Origin: an uncultured Pseudomonadota bacterium
Lineage (GTDB): Bacteria > Pseudomonadota > Alphaproteobacteria > RF32 > CAG-239
DNA: 64,000 nt
Direction of reading: 5' to 3'
Assembly (NCBI GenBank): GCA_949295915.1
Contig: CASFNB010000003.1
Span: 8,926-72,925, forward strand
Part shown: in pieces, positions 59,599 through 64,000 of the stretch
Layout of the letters: every line of letters starts with the position of its first letter
Numbering within the stretch: the stretch's first letter is position 1
Position numbers and translations under genes: made by a program
The notes under the pieces: generated by a model
Database searches by the model: none
What the model saw: only the letters and a program-made list of their open reading frames with translations
What the model was told of the DNA's origin: nothing

Positions 59599-62298
59599 TT
59601 ATTTTCCTAACAATTCTTTCAATTCATAGAGTTTTTCCAAGGCATCTTTGGGGCTATAATCATCAGGATTAAGCTCTTTCATCGCCTTGACCAGAGGCAT
59701 TTCTTCTTCCCTCTCTTCTTTTTCTTCCATTTTCTTTTGCACGACGGCAAACAACGGTAAGTCATCTATCATCTTGGTGATATAGGTACTCTTGTCACTA
59801 TGCTCTAATGAATCAAGCACTTGTTCGGCGCGTTTGACCACCAACTTGGGCAAACCCGCCAATTTTGCAACATGAATACCGTAAGACCTGTCGGCGGCGC
59901 CATCAATCACTTCATGCAAGAAAATAACTTCGCCGTTGAACTCTTTGATTTTCATACAATGCAGGCTCATGTTTTTCAGCTTGCTGTTCAACAAAGTCAA
60001 TTCATGATAGTGGGTGGCAAACAAAGCGCGGCACTTATTGACATCATGCAGATGTTCCACAACCGCCCAAGCAATTGACAAGCCGTCATAAGTTGCCGTA
60101 CCTCGACCGATTTCATCCAAAATCACAAAAGAGCGCTCATCTGCCTGATTCAAAATGCCGGCGGTTTCGACCATTTCCACCATGAATGTCGAGCGTCCGC
60201 GTGCCAAATCATCAGAAGCACCGACACGAGAGAAGATTTTATCTATAACGCCGATATGCGCTGCTTTGGCCGGAACAAAGCACCCCATTTGCGCCATAAT
60301 CGCAATTATGGCATTTTGGCGCAGAAAAGTTGACTTACCGGCCATATTAGGGCCGGTCAAAAGCCATATCTTTCCGTTTTCTTCACTCAAGACACAATCG
60401 TTGCCGACAAAAGCGCCGTTATGCTCTTTATTAATGGCGGCTTCAACAACCGGATGTCTGCCCTCTCTGACCTCAAAGACCAAACTTTCATCCACCATCG
60501 GTCTGGTATAATTTTGCTCGATTGACAAATCTGCCAAAGCGGCCGCGACATCCAACTCGGCAAGGGCTTTGGCAGTATGTGAAATATCATCCGACAGACG
60601 AATCACGTCCTCAACCATTTGGGCAAAAAGCTCCAACTCCATCGCCAAAGCTTTGTCTTCGGCACCGCGGATTTTGTTTTCCAACTCAGTCAGTTCAACC
60701 GTGGTAAAGCGGGTGGCGTTCAAAACCGATTGTCTATGAATGAAAAACTTGTTTTCGAGCATTTGCGAGGCAAATTTGCTCGGTGTTTCAACAAAGTAGC
60801 CAATCACATTATTATATTTGATTTTCAGCTGCGGAATGCCGGTATCTTTTATATATCTGCCCTGCATTTCCATCAACATTTTATGGCTATCATTTTTAAT
60901 ATAACGAATCTCATCCAACGGCGGATAATATCCCTCTTTGATAAAGCCGCCGTCTCTTGATAACAGAGGTAAATCCTCATCTAATGCCGAGAGAATCTTG
61001 TTCACCAAATCATTATGATAGCCCAAGCGTTCCAAAATATCTTTTACTGCCGGCGGCATATCTTTTATCATTTGTCCGTCCGGCTTTTGTGAAAAATCTG
61101 CCAACAGATTCTTAATTTGCGGCACCAGATTCAAGCCTTGTCCGATGTTGGCTAAATCACGCGGACCGCCTCTGCCCAAACTTAAGCGAGAAACCGCTCT
61201 TTCTATATCAGGACAAGAATGCAACATCTCGCGAAAATCATCTCTGACACTATTGTTCTCGCGGAAGAACTCAATGGCATCCAAACGATTATTTATTTCC
61301 GAAATGTCCAACAACGGATTGGCAATCCGATTATGCAACAATCTGCCGCCGGCGCCGGTTACGGTTCTGTCCAACACACCGAACAAGCAAGCGTTTTTAT
61401 CGCCGGTCTGGCTTTCGGTCAACTCGAGTGAGCGACGTGTTGCGCCGTCAATCTCTATCACTTTATTTTCATGTAACTTAATCGGTTTTTCTATTCTCGG
61501 AATTTTGCCTTTTTGAGTGCTTTCAATATAATCCAACAACAGTCCCGAAGCGATAACTTCCGGCTTGGTAAATGCGCCGAAAACTTCCAGCGAATGCACT
61601 TCATAAACTTCTTTTAATCTTTTTAAAGCATTTTCATAATTGAATCGTGCTTGCGGCAAAATACTTAACTGTTCGCGGTATTCCTTCAAAACCTCAAAAA
61701 TTTTCGGATTTTGCAAAAAGTTATCCGAAACCAAAATTTCAACCGGATTTAAGCGCGCCAGAATCGTGCTCAAAACCACTGCTTCGTTCTTATCTCTCAA
61801 ATTAACGTCTTGGGTATAAAAATCGCCGGTAGAAACATCAACCCAAGCCACACCCATAATCTCCCCCACTTTGGCAAAAGCCAATAAAAAATTGTTCTTT
61901 TTAGAATCGAGCAAATGGTCTTCTGTCAACGTTCCCGCCGTAACAAGGCGAATGACATCTCTTTTAACAACAGACTTTGAGCCTCTCTTCTTGGCTTCTT
62001 TAGGATCTTCTACTTGTTCACATATTGCAACCTTATAACCTTGTCTTATCAGCTTTGCCAAATAGCTCTCGTAAGCATGAAAAGGCACACCGCACATCGG
62101 AACATCCGCTCCTTTATATTTTCCGCGTTTGGTTAAAGCAATATCCAGTGCTTTTGAAGCGATAACGGCATCATCAAAAAACAGCTCATAAAAATCTCCC
62201 ATGCGATAAAATAACAAATAGTCTTTATGAGCATCTTTTATTTTTAAATATTGTGCCATCATCGGGGTGGCATCGTTTGAATTTTGCGTATTCGTCAT
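59599..62298 (-). CDS. mutS: DNA mismatch repair protein MutS
   Basis: TPMMAQY, GDFYELF, TGPNMAGKST, STFMVEM, DEIGRGT, SYGIHVA. Confidence 0.99.
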   Translation of the reverse strand: MTNTQNSNDATPMMAQYLKIKDAHKDYLLFYRMGDFYELFFDDAVIASKALDIALTKRGKYKGADVPMCGVPFHAYESYLAKLIRQGYKVAICEQVEDPKEAKKRGSKSVVKRDVIRLVTAGTLTEDHLLDSKKNNFLLAFAKVGEIMGVAWVDVSTGDFYTQDVNLRDKNEAVVLSTILARLNPVEILVSDNFLQNPKIFEVLKEYREQLSILPQARFNYENALKRLKEVYEVHSLEVFGAFTKPEVIASGLLLDYIESTQKGKIPRIEKPIKLHENKVIEIDGATRRSLELTESQTGDKNACLFGVLDRTVTGAGGRLLHNRIANPLLDISEINNRLDAIEFFRENNSVRDDFREMLHSCPDIERAVSRLSLGRGGPRDLANIGQGLNLVPQIKNLLADFSQKPDGQMIKDMPPAVKDILERLGYHNDLVNKILSALDEDLPLLSRDGGFIKEGYYPPLDEIRYIKNDSHKMLMEMQGRYIKDTGIPQLKIKYNNVIGYFVETPSKFASQMLENKFFIHRQSVLNATRFTTVELTELENKIRGAEDKALAMELELFAQMVEDVIRLSDDISHTAKALAELDVAAALADLSIEQNYTRPMVDESLVFEVREGRHPVVEAAINKEHNGAFVGNDCVLSEENGKIWLLTGPNMAGKSTFLRQNAIIAIMAQMGCFVPAKAAHIGVIDKIFSRVGASDDLARGRSTFMVEMVETAGILNQADERSFVILDEIGRGTATYDGLSIAWAVVEHLHDVNKCRALFATHYHELTLLNSKLKNMSLHCMKIKEFNGEVIFLHEVIDGAADRSYGIHVAKLAGLPKLVVKRAEQVLDSLEHSDKSTYITKMIDDLPLFAVVQKKMEEKEEREEEMPLVKAMKELNPDDYSPKDALEKLYELKELLGK

Positions 62299-62394
62299 CT
62301 TTTTTCTAGAAAATTTATTAATTTTAAACTTGTTTGCATAATAGTATATTTATAGGCTTAGTCTAGAACTTTTTGCTACTTATGGAATAAAAGC

Positions 62395-63816
62395 ATGTTA
62401 AAATTTGGTCATAATCTTTTTAATTTTGAAAAAAACAATCGTTTTGTGCAAAGAATTATTTTTCTTTCCATCCCGACTGCCATGGTCTTTATTTTGCTGG
62501 TTGCCGTGGAGCTCATGTCGCCGGTTATGGCCATTGTTTCTTATGCCTCAATCATCATTTTTAATGTGCTTTTATTATTTCCGATTACCTTTGAAATGCA
62601 GCAAGTTAAAAAATATATTGAAACACTTGCTTCGGGAAACAATTTTGATGAAACATCCATGAAACTTTCCGAAAAAGATTCTCAAGCCATTGTTGATGCC
62701 GTGAATACCATGCACAGTTTTTGGGCTCATAAAACCGATATGCTTGAATCTCAGACCATTTCCGATACCGCCGTTCTTGATTCTCTTCCTGACCCGATTA
62801 TGATGATTGACCGAAGCGGCAATATTTTGGGCGCAAACCTTTCTGCCCGCACTCTTTTCGGCAAAAGCATCACTAATAAAAATATTGACCGCGTTTTTGA
62901 TTCAAACAACTTTATTGATGCCGTTTCTAAAGTTTTGAAAAAAGAAAGCGCCTCTGAAAACCTCATCTTCTACGTCAAAAAACCCGTCCCGCAGAAACTT
63001 TATGCCCATATCAAACAACTCCCTTGGATGTCTAAAGGCAGAGCCGTGGCCGTTATTTCTATCTATGACCTGACCAAAGCCTTGAAAATTGAAAAAATGC
63101 AATCTGATTTTGTGGCTAACGCAAGCCATGAGTTGCGCACTCCTTTGGCAATTATCTCCGGTTTTATCGAAACTTTGCAAACAACCGCTCACGATGACGA
63201 ACAAGCTCGTGATAATTTCTTGAAAATTATGAAAGAACAAGCCGAGTATATGTCATCACTCATCGAAAACTTGCTCTCCCTTTCTAAAATTGAAATGAAC
63301 CAAGATCAAAAACCCGACGAGAAAGCCAATGTTTGTAAGTTGGCGCAAGAAGTTCAGGAAGCGTTAACGCTTAAAGCCTCTGAACGCGATATTAAAATCA
63401 AAATCAGAGAAGAAAGTCATATCCCCGAGATTACCGCAGATGCCGGACAAGTTAAACAAGTGATTCAGAATTTGACAGATAATGCCCTAAAATATGGTTT
63501 GGCTCAAAGCGATGTGACAGTCAGTATTTATAAAACCGATGCTATTCCGCCGTCTAAAAGCTATAAAGTTGCCGAAGGTAAGGCCGTGGCTATTTCCATT
63601 AATAATAAAGGTCCAAAAATCAGCCCCGAAAATTTGGCTCGTTTAACAGAACGTTTCTTCCGCTTGCAGGAGCATAAAGACCTTAATATTAAAGGTACCG
63701 GATTGGGACTCTCCATCGCCAAGCACATCATCTTGCGCCACCGCGGAAACCTTACCGTGACTTCCACTTCTTATAACGGAACCACATTCACAATCTATCT
63801 TCCGGTTCATCAATAA
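62395..63816 (+). CDS. phoR: PAS-domain sensor histidine kinase, PhoR-like
   Basis: Two TMs, PAS (LPDPIMMID..AN..A), DFVANASHELRTPL, NLTDNALKY, RLTERFFR, GTGLGLSI. Confidence 0.8.
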   Translation: MLKFGHNLFNFEKNNRFVQRIIFLSIPTAMVFILLVAVELMSPVMAIVSYASIIIFNVLLLFPITFEMQQVKKYIETLASGNNFDETSMKLSEKDSQAIVDAVNTMHSFWAHKTDMLESQTISDTAVLDSLPDPIMMIDRSGNILGANLSARTLFGKSITNKNIDRVFDSNNFIDAVSKVLKKESASENLIFYVKKPVPQKLYAHIKQLPWMSKGRAVAVISIYDLTKALKIEKMQSDFVANASHELRTPLAIISGFIETLQTTAHDDEQARDNFLKIMKEQAEYMSSLIENLLSLSKIEMNQDQKPDEKANVCKLAQEVQEALTLKASERDIKIKIREESHIPEITADAGQVKQVIQNLTDNALKYGLAQSDVTVSIYKTDAIPPSKSYKVAEGKAVAISINNKGPKISPENLARLTERFFRLQEHKDLNIKGTGLGLSIAKHIILRHRGNLTVTSTSYNGTTFTIYLPVHQ

Positions 63817-63918
63817 CAAACGCAGCGCGTTTGATCGCATCGGTTTGATTGCCTTACTGTCCGTGCCCAGAAGCCGCGTTGCTGTCTATGTGCAAGGCGT
63901 ATCTTTCGTGCCTCGTTC
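63816..63918. repeat. Dispersed 103-bp element, copy 2
   Basis: Ungapped match to 43106-43208; begins at the last base of the phoR stop codon. Confidence 0.9.
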
Positions 63919-63970
63919 CGGCAAAAAGCCTGTTCGTGCCGCGAGCAAACATCATTCCTATCCTTACCAC

Positions 63971-64000
63971 AAAAAAACATCGTCTCCTTTTTCAGACGAT
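63971..64000. terminator. Probable intrinsic terminator (truncated by the window end)
   Basis: AAAAAAACATCGTCT-CCTTTTTC-AGACGAT. Confidence 0.6.

Overview
Chromosomal window of an AT-rich alphaproteobacterium. The gene order (ihfA-merR, bamE/DUF177/rpmF/plsX/fabH, recG/mfd, priA-atpHAGDC, xth/dgt-SPOR-nagZ) together with Firmicutes-like fermentative and stress genes suggests a streamlined anaerobic gut lineage such as RF32; this assignment is inference. The left ~19 kb is accessory: the start of a HipB-like XRE gene with a perfect sigma70 promoter and operator, an esterase-GNAT pair converging on an ABC-ABC-(ART-like)-APH operon, a GltD/PreT-like flavoprotein, a MerR/AdhR-regulated carbonyl/redox-stress operon, CoA-disulfide reductase, ferredoxin, a deoxyinosine glycosylase and guanine deaminase. 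The rest is mostly housekeeping (mfd, recG, F1 ATPase, priA, xerC, rnr, xth, dgt, nagZ, surE, rplM-rpsI, mutS, phoR-like) with interspersed ORFans, a glycerol-1-phosphate dehydrogenase homologue, an ankyrin protein, CoA-transferase A/B and a solitary zeta-toxin gene abutting surE. The most striking unexplained signal is a 103-bp element present twice (43106-43208 and 63816-63918). It has a near-invariant hairpin anchor followed by an ungapped, transversion-rich variable tract that conserves G/C, reminiscent of retro-mutagenised (DGR-like) repeats. I recognised no intact tRNA, rRNA, CRISPR array, transposase or reverse transcriptase. All calls come from motif recognition by eye, with no database searches.
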